Below are positions 1 to 9,900 of a DNA stretch of 64,000 nt, in pieces (within the stretch, counting starts at the first letter, position 1; each line of letters starts with the position of its first letter). Where the stretch lies: positions 72,374 through 136,373 of the IMG/VR virus record IMGVR_UViG_3300010354_000047, one strand, 5' to 3'. The position numbers and the translations under genes were made by a program. This DNA is from a virus. Below the pieces are notes generated by a model. It saw nothing but the letters and a program-made list of their open reading frames with translations, was not told where the DNA came from and made no database searches.

Positions 1-15
1 AAGACTCTGGGACCG

Positions 16-507
16 ATGGTTTCCGGATTTCTAGAGAACTCTTACGGAGTTCCGAGAGAAAGTTCCCAAATGCTTTCTGAAGCTTTGGTTCAGGCTGTGA
101 CAGCCGTCGGCCTTAACTACAAGAAAATCAAGTCCCCTGAAGACCTTGTTCGAAACCTCTTAATTGAATCCTCAGCAGCAATTCTTGGTAAGAGCGCCCA
201 CTCCGGGGCCGAAGAATTTCTGTCTTCTGCCGAAGGAAAGGAGATGTTAAAGAGTGCTCTTCCCCTTTTAGCTGGAAAGTTTACGGGGATTGGGGTTGCA
301 TTTGCGGGCTCCAGATTGCCCAGTCTTTCTCAGCTTTCCCGAATAGTCGCTGAACGTTCACAAAGCGACATTCAGAAACTTCGTGGCTTTATGAACCCAC
401 AGATGTTTAACGCATCGGAGGAGAAAACTATTGAGGATATCTCCCAGACACTGACTGATATCTTCATTTTGTCATTACTAAGGTCTTCACGTCTTTTGGG
501 TCAATGA
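16..507 (+). CDS. Hypothetical protein, possibly the 3' part of a gene starting before the window
   Basis: Frame is open back to position 1; its stop overlaps the next ATG (ATGA); no recognisable motif. Confidence 0.6.
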   Translation: MVSGFLENSYGVPRESSQMLSEALVQAVTAVGLNYKKIKSPEDLVRNLLIESSAAILGKSAHSGAEEFLSSAEGKEMLKSALPLLAGKFTGIGVAFAGSRLPSLSQLSRIVAERSQSDIQKLRGFMNPQMFNASEEKTIEDISQTLTDIFILSLLRSSRLLGQ

Positions 508-782
508 AATTCTTCAATGAGAGGGCCTTCCTGGTTCGTTCTCTGATCGGCATCTTCGCCGTTCAATTTGTTACCGTGGGTTATCAAACCTTCCTCTGCC
601 AACGCTCTGTGCTCACTGTGAAGGAGTCCGATCGCGTTTCCCTAATCTGCACGAATGCAGCAAACTCCTACAACGAAACCGGAAAACTGGCTTTGGCCAC
701 AATTTTGGCCCTTCTAGTTCCTTCTTCGAAGCAAGAGTCTCCCGAAAGTAGTGAAAAAGAGGATAATTCGAAGGAAGGGTAA
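504..782 (+). CDS. Small membrane protein with two hydrophobic segments
   Basis: Hydrophobic stretches LIGIFAVQFVTVG and LALATILALLVP; charged C-terminus. Confidence 0.6.
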   Translation: MKFFNERAFLVRSLIGIFAVQFVTVGYQTFLCQRSVLTVKESDRVSLICTNAANSYNETGKLALATILALLVPSSKQESPESSEKEDNSKEG

Positions 783-784
783 AA
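777..784 (+). promoter_or_regulatory. Putative late promoter GGGTAAAA
   Basis: First G lies 30 nt before ATG 807; the motif recurs at similar spacing across the window. Confidence 0.7.
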
Positions 785-806
785 GTAACGATATTGTTGA
801 CAAGGT

Positions 807-1793
807 ATGTACGGAGCCAACTTAGACTTTTCGGGTGTTCTACTACCCGGCACTGGCGGTTCTTTGAACGCTGCGACTGCCATCACATCGGATAAACTAC
901 AAGAGATGAATCGTTCTGGAAAGAAGTGGGGAATCGACAAAGAAACCGGTAACCTAACATTTCACAACGAAGCCACACTAAAGGCAAATCAAAAGACAAG
1001 AAGCAACCGTGAAAACCTGATCAACAGAGATCGAGATGCTCATTCCGACGGCCAAGAGGCTATGAAGGAAATCTTTGGTCGAAAGAAGGCTCGTATGGAA
1101 GCATTTCGGGAGATTAAGAAAAAAGAGTACAACTTCGCAGACGACACAGAAATGATGTCGATGCCCCAACCTTTCTCCCACAAAGAGGCCAAGGGTTGCT
1201 CAGCATCGTGCAAAGGTCCTGGAAAGTGCAGTTGTGATTCCTGCAAGAAGTCCCTCTATGACTCTAACTACAGGGAGTGGTCAACTAAGAAGAGAGAGAA
1301 GCTTCAAAAAGGTGAAATCAAAGGTGAATTTGCCGGAAAAGGAATGTCTTTTCCGATTGCGAGTCCGAAAGATGTGGCCGCTGCGTGGGCTTCTGTGGGA
1401 AGGACTGAAAATCCTCAGGAAGTGATGGCCAACATAATTCGAATCTCAAAGAAGTTCGGCTGGGAGTCCGGCTTACCTCAAACTGTTAGAGACCGTCTGA
1501 ATGAAGGAAAGTCGGGACTGCCCTCCACTAATTTTCGCGAATGGTCTTCGGATAAGCGCAAGAAACTCTCTGAAGGTGACCTCAGAGGGGAGTTCGCTGG
1601 CCCAGGAATGTCCTTTCCGATCTCAAGCGCCGAAGATGTCTCCGCTGCCTGGTCTTCAGTAGGTCGCGCCGCCAATCCAAGAAAAGTGATGGCCGAGATC
1701 ATTCGCATTGCGAAAAAGTTCGGTTGGGAGTCCGGTCTCCCCGAGACCGTAAAACAAAGACTTAACGAAGGAAAGTCAGGTCTACCGGAGTAA
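807..1793 (+). CDS. Basic protein with two tandem ~85-aa repeats (DUF6582-like); putative internal head protein
   Basis: Two copies of REWSxxKRxKL..GEFAGxGMSFPIxSxxDVxAAWxSVGR..KKFGWESGLPxTV..RLNEGKSGLP, preceded by a Cys-rich segment. Confidence 0.7.
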   Translation: MYGANLDFSGVLLPGTGGSLNAATAITSDKLQEMNRSGKKWGIDKETGNLTFHNEATLKANQKTRSNRENLINRDRDAHSDGQEAMKEIFGRKKARMEAFREIKKKEYNFADDTEMMSMPQPFSHKEAKGCSASCKGPGKCSCDSCKKSLYDSNYREWSTKKREKLQKGEIKGEFAGKGMSFPIASPKDVAAAWASVGRTENPQEVMANIIRISKKFGWESGLPQTVRDRLNEGKSGLPSTNFREWSSDKRKKLSEGDLRGEFAGPGMSFPISSAEDVSAAWSSVGRAANPRKVMAEIIRIAKKFGWESGLPETVKQRLNEGKSGLPE

Positions 1794-1796
1794 GAA

Positions 1797-2168
1797 ATGG
1801 GTGTAGAGTGGGTTATTGCCGTATTCGGCTTGGTTATAAGCGCAGCTGTATCGGCAACTGGTGGAGCTTTCTGGATTCAATTAAAGGGGTCGGAGAGAAT
1901 CGACAAAATTAAAAGAGCATCCGACGACCGCCTCGAAACTATGAGGAAAGCTTCAGACGAAAGAGTTGATCGACTGATTTCAGAAAACAAGTCACAAATG
2001 GAGATTCTTCTTTCACATGTTCAGAAAGTTGAGAACGTTCTAAATGACATGAGAGCTGAGCTTCCCACAAAATACGTCCTTCGAGAGGACTTTCTTCGTC
2101 TAGTGGAAAAAGTGGAAGAGCTTCGAATCGATTCTTACCGTCCACGGGAACAGAGAAAAGATGCTTGA
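1797..2168 (+). CDS. N-terminal transmembrane helix plus coiled-coil protein
   Basis: WVIAVFGLVISAAVSATGGAFWI followed by a charged heptad region ending LPTKYVLREDF. Confidence 0.7.
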   Translation: MGVEWVIAVFGLVISAAVSATGGAFWIQLKGSERIDKIKRASDDRLETMRKASDERVDRLISENKSQMEILLSHVQKVENVLNDMRAELPTKYVLREDFLRLVEKVEELRIDSYRPREQRKDA

Positions 2169-2673
2169 CTACGATTGGTCTCGACTTCAAAGCCTAGGTT
2201 TTGACACAAACTTTATCGAGAAGTCCCTTCCGGAAACCTATCGAAAAGGACTGACTAAGGAAGAGCAGGAGATTGCGAAAAAGGAAGCAAAAGATACTAT
2301 GAAGAAGGCGGAAGAGGGAAAGGTTTCCTCTAAGGAACTCTACGCCGATTGGGAATCCGATAAAAGGTACAGAAAACGAAAGAAGAAGATCCCGCTTTCT
2401 CCCGCAACAAAAGCTTTTCACAAAGACTTCGCAGAGGCAAAGTCCGGAGTTAGCAAATCTCTTCAAGAAAAGTCCAAGAAGTCTGGTATACCAGTGGGGG
2501 TCCTGAGGAAAGTCTTTCAAAGGGGTATGGCCGCCTGGCGTTCCGGTCACCGGCCTGGTGTCGCCCCACAACAATGGGCTCACGCTCGCGTAAATTCCTT
2601 CATCACAGGAAAGGGAAAGGCTCGACAGGCTGACGAAGATCTGTGGAAGAAGGCGAAGGGTAAAAGAGCTTAG
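2161..2673 (+). CDS. Basic phage protein with DUF5824-like C-terminal domain
   Basis: KSGIPVGVLRKVFQRGMAAWRSGHRPGVAPQQWAHARVNSF motif. Confidence 0.7.
   Translation: MLDYDWSRLQSLGFDTNFIEKSLPETYRKGLTKEEQEIAKKEAKDTMKKAEEGKVSSKELYADWESDKRYRKRKKKIPLSPATKAFHKDFAEAKSGVSKSLQEKSKKSGIPVGVLRKVFQRGMAAWRSGHRPGVAPQQWAHARVNSFITGKGKARQADEDLWKKAKGKRA
2658..2665 (+). promoter_or_regulatory. Putative late promoter GGGTAAAA
   Basis: 31 nt before ATG 2689. Confidence 0.7.
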
Positions 2674-2688
2674 TCCGCTTTCAGTAAA

Positions 2689-3609
2689 ATGCCACACTGG
2701 GGATCCTTTTCTCCCGACTCCTATGAGTCTTTTCTGAACAAAGTCGATAATCCTGTCGACTATATGGTTGTAGCGCCTGCACTTGCACCACGGGCCGCTA
2801 CCAACCCTTCCTCTTTTATGATGGATGAACAAGAAGATGACGAGGGAGACATGTATGATTGGGAAGATGAAGGTTACGAAGATGAAGAAGACATTGAGCC
2901 AAATGCTGGAATGGCTATGAGCCAGTTGCGGTCAATGGCTGAAGACATCATGTCTATCCTCAGTGAAATGACTCCTTACGATAATCTTGAGCCCTGGGTT
3001 GCTGCCAAGATTACAATGAGTAAACAAAACATTTCCGCCGTCGCTGACTACCTCCGCTTTGGTTCAGACTTCTCCGAAGGGGAATTTGACTTTGCCCGAT
3101 GTCAAAGACCCGACGGAAGCACCTATGGTAGCAGAGGAAAATGCAGGAAGGGGAGCGAAGTGTCGGCCGTGACTGAAGAGGAACCGAAACCGAAAACCAA
3201 AAAGAAGAAAGATGATCGATCCGCAAGCCCTGTTCCACCTTTTGAAGATGTGAAAGAGCTCACAGAGAAGGCAAAGGGTTTTACATATGGGAAATCTTGG
3301 ACAAAAGACCATCAGGAAGTTTGGAATCGCATTTTGGCGTCTCCGGACACTAAGACATTAGGATCACTCACAAGAAAACTCAATAAAGAAGTCTTTGATG
3401 ATAGCGAGTACGACGTTAGTGCCGGTTTTCTAAAGGGGGCTCTGAAGACAATGAAAGAATGGCTCGAAGCTAACGGGAGGTCCGGAGTTGGTGCAGCGAA
3501 GGAAGCTCGAATTGCCGCAATGACGCCTGAAGAGCGTAAGAGGGCTGCGTCTGCTGAAAGAGTTGAAAGGGGAATAAGGGCAGGGGTTGTAAAGGGGAGA
3601 ATGATATAA
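2689..3609 (+). CDS. Multi-module hypothetical protein with acidic N-region and FDFxRCxRPDG Cys module
   Basis: GSFSPDS leader, LEPWVAAKIT helical module, FDFARCQRPDGSTYGSRGKCRKG. Confidence 0.75.
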   Translation: MPHWGSFSPDSYESFLNKVDNPVDYMVVAPALAPRAATNPSSFMMDEQEDDEGDMYDWEDEGYEDEEDIEPNAGMAMSQLRSMAEDIMSILSEMTPYDNLEPWVAAKITMSKQNISAVADYLRFGSDFSEGEFDFARCQRPDGSTYGSRGKCRKGSEVSAVTEEEPKPKTKKKKDDRSASPVPPFEDVKELTEKAKGFTYGKSWTKDHQEVWNRILASPDTKTLGSLTRKLNKEVFDDSEYDVSAGFLKGALKTMKEWLEANGRSGVGAAKEARIAAMTPEERKRAASAERVERGIRAGVVKGRMI

Positions 3610-3707
3610 TGAATCTCTTGAGCAATTACGATTGGGGCCTTCACAAGAGTTTAGGGTTTGACCTGACCTTTGTAGAAAATTTGAAGCGGAATCTAAAAGC
3701 AAGGTGA
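3609..3707 (+). CDS. 32-aa mini-protein similar to the N-terminus of 2161..2673 (not in ORF track)
   Basis: MNLLSNYDWGLHKSLGFDLTFVENLKRNLKAR; TAATG overlap with the upstream gene; fills the gap to ATG 3711. Confidence 0.6.
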   Translation: MNLLSNYDWGLHKSLGFDLTFVENLKRNLKAR

Positions 3708-3710
3708 TTT

Positions 3711-4061
3711 ATGTTCGGTAGCTTTCCTGAAGACATCCTGAGTCAGTTTCAAAGAGACTACGCAGAGCGCTTTGACAAAGAAGATCTTGAGTGCAACAAA
3801 CCTCGGTCAACTCCGAGCCACCCTAGCAGCTCACATATCGTGAAAGCTTGCTACCCTGGGGCTCCTGAAGGAGGTAAACTAATACGCTTTGGTCAACAAG
3901 GCGTTAAAGGTTCTCCCAAGAAAGAGGGAGAATCCGAAGCCTATCGTAAGAGGCGTGAATCCTTTAAGGCGAGACACGCAAAGAATATAGCGAAAGGGAA
4001 GTCCTCTGCTGCCTACTGGGCGGACATTGTGAAATGGAGCGAACCCGATTTTGAGGGGTAA
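3711..4061 (+). CDS. Small basic phage protein (IRFGQQG/SFKARH family)
   Basis: KLIRFGQQG..RRESFKARHAKNIAKGKSSAAYWADIVKW; MFGSFPED leader. Confidence 0.75.
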   Translation: MFGSFPEDILSQFQRDYAERFDKEDLECNKPRSTPSHPSSSHIVKACYPGAPEGGKLIRFGQQGVKGSPKKEGESEAYRKRRESFKARHAKNIAKGKSSAAYWADIVKWSEPDFEG

Positions 4062-4085
4062 TTGCTCTTTTATTATTGTGCTAAA

Positions 4086-4535
4086 ATGATCAGAAATTTC
4101 AACCTTCCTTGTGTGGACAACCTTCGAGAGGGAATCGACTACCGACTAGTGGAGTGGGATTTCGCATCCCAGCAACCATCCCGAACTCCTGGGACTCCTT
4201 GCCCTCCTGGAGAAAAGGTTGTTTTTGGAGTTTGTCGCAAGGTCGGTGACTCAGGGGAAAAAGACTTTGACTCCGAAAAGAAAACTTCCCAAGAATCTCA
4301 GCTTGAAGAGGAAGCCACACGTCAAGGTAAGAAAGTTTCTACCAAGGAAGAGGCTACCGCCGCTAACGTAAAAGGCTTTGAGACAGGTGGGAAGAAGTAT
4401 GGCTGGGCAATTAAAAACGGAAAACCTGTCATTGTTGAATGGGGTTCCGTAGCAGGTACAAAGAAGAAGGGTAAGGAAAAAACAACTGCCCCTGAAGCAC
4501 CAGCAGCAGCTACCACAACTCCGGCTCCTAAGTAA
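4086..4535 (+). CDS. Hypothetical basic protein
   Basis: Start moved to the in-frame ATG 4086, which lies 30 nt after GGGTAATT (4056); WDF followed by a two-Cys segment. Confidence 0.65.
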   Translation: MIRNFNLPCVDNLREGIDYRLVEWDFASQQPSRTPGTPCPPGEKVVFGVCRKVGDSGEKDFDSEKKTSQESQLEEEATRQGKKVSTKEEATAANVKGFETGGKKYGWAIKNGKPVIVEWGSVAGTKKKGKEKTTAPEAPAAATTTPAPK

Positions 4536-4541
4536 TTGAAA

Positions 4542-4549
4542 GGGTAAAT
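4542..4549 (+). promoter_or_regulatory. Putative late promoter GGGTAAAT
   Basis: Intergenic, 29 nt before ATG 4571. Confidence 0.7.
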
Positions 4550-4570
4550 AACTTTATAGACTAAACTTAT

Positions 4571-5416
4571 ATGGACCTTCCCACTAAGATTTCCGCCGAT
4601 TACTTTCGAGGAACAGTTATGGAACCCGAACGAGTTTCCCCTTTTCGTTCAAATTACACCGAGTACGAGCGGCTAGGAATGAAGCACGAGGAGCTCTCAA
4701 AAAGGATTGAGGCTCTTCAAGATAAGATGAAGCTCTCTCGTCAAAACGGCGCCTTCCAAAACCTTCAGATGCAGATGTCTGAGGTGAAACAACTCGTCAA
4801 GGATCGAGAGGAAATCGATGCTAAGATGTCGACACTTGACTTGGCAAGAAAGAAGGACGACGATTACAGAGCTGCTGCGGGCTACGAAGCATCCTACGGT
4901 GAGTGCCTGGAATCTTTTGACTCCCGTGTCGAAAAGCTCGAAAGTCTTCTAGAAGAGTTCTCTGAGCTCGCTGCGAGCGAAAACTTTGACTTCACTCGTT
5001 GCGTTCGCCCCGATGGTTCTGTATATGGGACAAGAGGAAAGTGCAAGAAAGGTTCTGAAACTAGCGCCCCGGTCAAAGAAGTAAAAGTGTCATCAAAAGC
5101 TCTCAGACTTTCTGTAAGGGAGAAGTCTTCACACCTAAATGAAGTTAGAAAGCAGTTATCAGCTGGTGAAAAGAAGTTCAGGGCGATGGTCAAGGAGGCC
5201 AAAAAGAATCCCTCCCCTGAAAAGAAAGAGGAGCTGAAACTGGCCCAGAAAGCTTTAGCCCAGAAACAAAGAGAGGTTGCCAGAGCAGAAAGAGAAGCAG
5301 AGAAAGCCCTAAGACAGTGGAGTTCTGCTCGCAAAAAAGAAGAAAGAGCGAAGATGAACCCTGCGCAACTGCAGTCTGAAAGAAAGCTAGATAGAATTAT
5401 TCGGGAACGAGGCTGA
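4571..5416 (+). CDS. Coiled-coil protein with FDFxRCxRPDG Cys module and basic C-terminus
   Basis: NFDFTRCVRPDGSVYGTRGKCKKGSE between an acidic and a Lys/Arg-rich helical region. Confidence 0.75.
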   Translation: MDLPTKISADYFRGTVMEPERVSPFRSNYTEYERLGMKHEELSKRIEALQDKMKLSRQNGAFQNLQMQMSEVKQLVKDREEIDAKMSTLDLARKKDDDYRAAAGYEASYGECLESFDSRVEKLESLLEEFSELAASENFDFTRCVRPDGSVYGTRGKCKKGSETSAPVKEVKVSSKALRLSVREKSSHLNEVRKQLSAGEKKFRAMVKEAKKNPSPEKKEELKLAQKALAQKQREVARAEREAEKALRQWSSARKKEERAKMNPAQLQSERKLDRIIRERG

Positions 5417-5422
5417 CCTGAA

Positions 5423-6748
5423 ATGGCACGTTGTAACAAAGGAAAAAGTTGCAAGGGTACGTGCATCCAGAGAAGCGATAATTGCTTGGCCCCACTTGGA
5501 AAAAACCTCTCCAAACAACTAGATGTGGCCTCAGAAAAGATGGAGGGCCTCGGAGATATCTTTCTTCGAAAAATTGTTACTCCCGGAAAGCCCCCCTCAC
5601 CTCCTGCCCCCCTTGTAAACAAAGAAACCAACAAGCAAGTTCAAAAACTTGTAGACCAACTCGGACTCGGCCCTCTGACCGTTAAAGAAGTTGGCAATAG
5701 TTTCGAAGTCTACAAGAGAGAAGCTCTGAGGCAGCTTAAGGAACTGGAGAATAAACCAAATAAGACGAGCGCAGATAGAACAAAAGAAAACCAAATTCGA
5801 GATGCTTTGCTAGCGGTTTGGGAGAATAAGACCAATGTTAGCCGCGGAATGTTAATCGATCGCCTGGACGCCCTAGACTTCGATAACACATTTAAGCCAA
5901 ACTATAAGACAGGAAAGTACGACTGGGACAGTTCCTACGCCTCCGGTTCAAGACACCTTGGTTCAGGTGGCTTCGCGAGTGTAGTGGCTTCTAAAGAGCC
6001 TCCCCCGGTTGTAGTTAAGAGAGGGGAAGTCAGCGAAAATGAAATTCAGATCTTGAAAAAACTGAAAGGCAAGGATCTATCCCCTGAGCTAATAGCTGCG
6101 GAGATGGACACAAAGTCGGGGATAGAGAGTAAAGAAGCGGACATTGATTTTTACTCGGGTCGAATCGCCATGTCCCGCGTCTCCGGGAAAGCTGCAGAGG
6201 AATTCAATACGTACAACGACCGTGTTGGTGGCACAACTGTCGGGGACTCTTACTGGGCTCTTCGCCGTCGACTCCATAGCAATGGGGTAGCCCACAACGA
6301 TGCGCACATCGGAAACGTTCTGATCGACGATTCCGGAAAGTCTCGCTTTGTAGATTTCGGGATTTCCCAGGACGACCCCCGCGCTGCCCTCTCTGAAGCC
6401 ATTGGAGTCTATGCGAATCGCAGATTTCTTCCCGCAGGTTCTGTAACAAAGTCCCCCGTAGATAGACAGTCGGGTGACTGGCAAGGAAGACGCTTCGACC
6501 AGTTCACCGAGCCTTTATCTAAGGCGACGGAACCTAGCAATAAATCTAACTATGCCAGAGTAATCCAGAATCGGACAAAGGTTTACCAGGCCCTAAAAGA
6601 GCTAGGTTTATCTAACGACGATATAGCGGAAGTTGTGATCCACGGTATCAGGAGACCCCTTAGCTCTTTCAATAGTGGACCCTGGGGAAAGATTAGTAAA
6701 GAAGAAGCCATGAAGTTGATTCAGCTCGTTTACCAAGGTGTGGAATAA
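5423..6748 (+). CDS. Protein-kinase-like enzyme with N-terminal four-Cys module
   Basis: G-loop LGSGGFASV, VVVK, catalytic HNDAHIGNV, DFG; N-terminus CNKGKSCKGTCIQRSDNC. Confidence 0.85.
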   Translation: MARCNKGKSCKGTCIQRSDNCLAPLGKNLSKQLDVASEKMEGLGDIFLRKIVTPGKPPSPPAPLVNKETNKQVQKLVDQLGLGPLTVKEVGNSFEVYKREALRQLKELENKPNKTSADRTKENQIRDALLAVWENKTNVSRGMLIDRLDALDFDNTFKPNYKTGKYDWDSSYASGSRHLGSGGFASVVASKEPPPVVVKRGEVSENEIQILKKLKGKDLSPELIAAEMDTKSGIESKEADIDFYSGRIAMSRVSGKAAEEFNTYNDRVGGTTVGDSYWALRRRLHSNGVAHNDAHIGNVLIDDSGKSRFVDFGISQDDPRAALSEAIGVYANRRFLPAGSVTKSPVDRQSGDWQGRRFDQFTEPLSKATEPSNKSNYARVIQNRTKVYQALKELGLSNDDIAEVVIHGIRRPLSSFNSGPWGKISKEEAMKLIQLVYQGVE

Positions 6749-6918
6749 TGTCAAAAGAAAACGACCAGAAGTATCTAGACTTGATGTCCCTGTACAAAAA
6801 GCTTCGGAGAAGCCCAAAAACAGACGCCCAGTCCCAAAAAGTCCTTGACAAAGCACTGAAATTCTCTAAGGATAACGCCATTAGCCCCGAAGCTCTAGAA
6901 GCTGCTAGATACTTTTAA
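6748..6918 (+). CDS. 56-aa helical protein coupled to the kinase (not in ORF track)
   Basis: MSKENDQKYLDLMSLYKKLRRSPKTDAQSQKVLDKALKFSKDNAISPEALEAARYF; TAATG overlap; fills the gap before the next promoter. Confidence 0.7.
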   Translation: MSKENDQKYLDLMSLYKKLRRSPKTDAQSQKVLDKALKFSKDNAISPEALEAARYF

Positions 6919-6920
6919 GC

Positions 6921-6928
6921 GGGTAAAG
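6921..6928 (+). promoter_or_regulatory. Putative late promoter GGGTAAAG
   Basis: Intergenic, 51 nt before ATG 6972. Confidence 0.6.
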
Positions 6929-6971
6929 TAAGGAGTGCCTCTGCACAACCTTCTCTTTCGCTCTTTAGCAA

Positions 6972-9900
6972 ATGTCCGCAAAACGTATAATCCTGAAGCG
7001 ATCTTCGATTGCAGGGAAGAGGCCAACAGCTGAAAACCTTTCCCCTGGTGAGATCGGTCTCAACACGAATAGTACTGAACCAGGAGCGTTCTTTCAGACA
7101 ACAGACGGAAGAACTGTAAAAGTTGGTCCCACATCATATCTGTCCTACCCTCCCACAGAATTCCCGGAGAAGGGAGAACTTTGGTTCGATAGTGAAGACG
7201 GAACCCTAAAAGTAGGGACGGCCGAACATGAATGGATGTCTATTTCCGCTCCTTTTCTTGGTGGAGAAGGCCCCATTGTATTCGTTGCCCCAGAGTTCCA
7301 TTTTTCTACAGATTCCTTGAGTAATGATGGTCAAGCTTTGCCTTTTCAGACCGTTTCCCGAGCTATTCTTGAACTTTCGAAAATATACCTAAGTCGCGTT
7401 CTTAGTGGTTTTTCTACACGAGATGAAAGTAAGCGGTACACAATTTTCATCTTCCCATCCCAGTCAATTGCCAACAATAGCCCGGGAGTTTCCCCAGAAG
7501 AGTTTAACCTTGATCTATCAAACAAGGTTGGAAACGACATAACCATACCCGAACTTGAACAATTCAATCCTGTCACAGGCGGTATCGTCGTCCCCTTTGG
7601 TATTACTCTTCGAGGGATAGATCTAAAGAAAAGTGTAATATCCCCTTCTTATGTTCCTTCTTACTCTAATCCCTTCTACCCTACCGGCCTTCAGGGTGTT
7701 GACCAACCCTTGAGTGCCATTTTTAAGTGTGGAGGGAATGTTTACGCCGAGGACTTTTCTGTAGTCGATAAACTCTCAGAGAGAGTTATCGTGGGAGTCA
7801 TTGACGATAATGATTTGGCAGTGTTTCGTTCAGAAAGACCCCACGGACTTCGAGTCGACGACTTTGTCACTGTCTCGTATTTCGCAACTGTTGATCAGAG
7901 CACCGGAACATTTCAGCCTGGTAACTATTACGCAGTTCCCGTTGACTCCTATCACTTCTACCTTTCCACAGGTCCACAAACCGAGAGCCAGGCCGCTGAG
8001 TATATCCTTTTTCAGAGCATTCCTGCGTTAGTGAATGACTCTAACCCGAAGTTCTTAGTCACCAACTCTCTCAAGTCTGCCCATCGGCTTAGCCTCTTTA
8101 GGAACGCATCTCTTTCAGAAATTCAAGAATACTTTGTAAAGGTTCAGAAGGCTTTTCCAAAGGTTTTTGGAGGAAAGGTCACAGATACACCCCAAATAGT
8201 GGATCAAGGGGACTATGTTATTGTCGGACCAGTCGGGGCCTACCCTCAGAACGAAGCCTCAAACACAACTAAAAACTCTTCCTTTTACGCCAACCAAGTG
8301 AACATGCGTTCCGAGTACGGAATGTGCTGGGGTGACTTTGATGGTCGACTTGTTTCAGGGTTTAAGTCGGTTGTTGCAAATGCGTGTACAGCTATAACCT
8401 TGCAGAATGACCCTTGCGTATACGAAGTATATACCACACTTGTGAACCCGGATACGAATCTTCCCGAGAAAAAGTGGTGGGGGCTCACCCAAGCTGTCTA
8501 TCTCTCGACTCCAGTGGAACAAAGGCCGGCATCTATCGTAGACGTTCCGGTTGTTCAACAATTGGATGTTTTGAATACAACTCCAATTAACAATATACGT
8601 TACCATTACGAGAACCTGAAAACAGAAGCAGGGAAAAGTATTGGTATCGTGAATACCGAGAAAGACTTTCGCCACTTTGGTTTTCGCGTTCAAAATGGTG
8701 CTTACGGGCAATTCCAGTCGACTTATTGCATTGGAGCTGCAGTCGGTGTGTGGGCACTGAATGGGGGAACTTGCAGCTTGACAAACAGTACTACAAACTT
8801 TGGATCCGTTGCCTTCAAAGCCGAAGGATTTCTAGGAATCAATACAATCGGAGGGGCAAAGGCGAACGGAAAAGGTTTCGTATTTGAAGGGATTCAGCGG
8901 CCTCTCGCCATCACAAAGTCTCAAGCAGAAAACACTTCCAACAAAAAGATTCTATCCCTTGGCGGGAGAATAACCAACATATACCTCGATGAAAGTGATC
9001 CAAACATTCAGATTGTTGAACTTAGCTCCGACTTTTCTCCTTGTTACTTACTTCCGTTTTCTCTGAAACCCGGATCGGCCCTTTGGGTTGAATCTGAGTC
9101 TTGTACCTACCGGGGGTTTTTGGCCACAGACGGTGGCCCAACGATTTTCACTGGAATAGATAGCCCGAACTTTGCTAAAATTCGAATTCGGTCCTCTGAT
9201 AGCACAATCCCAAACAACACCGACCTTCTTCCGGTTTTGGGAGTTCCCTACGTTCGTAGATTTAGTGACCCAAGGCAAGACTTCGAAAGAAGCTACAGTA
9301 TCTGTCTGAAGAATACCTTCCAGAATGCTATCTCTCCTCAAATTGGTTCTGTCCTTAGACTCAATCAAACCAGTCAGCAACTGGGGTCTTCCTCTCTGAC
9401 TCCAAACGTTCAGTTTGATCCAGGAATTCTAGGGGGTTGGGGTCGGGTCTTCACCGTGGATGCAGTTGAGACTGGTGGGCTTGGTGCTTCGCCTCAGTTC
9501 AATTATACTATAAGCGACCCTAGCCAAGACCAGACTTATTACGTAGCAATAACAGGGAGCGACATGAGCCGCCCATGGGTACAGGGTCTGAACTTTCGGA
9601 ACTCGCAAGGGGATTATGTCACTTTTGAGAACAGAAACTGGTATGCTGCTGAGAACAACATTTGGGAATCTCTATATTACGGAGACTCTTCAAGTTTTAC
9701 GGAAAACTTTGGGCCATACTCCATAGCCCCTATTGAGAGGTGCTCGCCTTTTGTGGATACGAGTGTTCTCGAAAAGCAGGAAAAGGTCCTGGATACTTAT
9801 CAAGGGGTTTACGCTCCTGATGACTTTGTCGGAAATCCGGAGTATGTCGGCTACGAAAACGGAACTTATTTTCGTGGTTCAACCGAGCCCTATCCGACTT

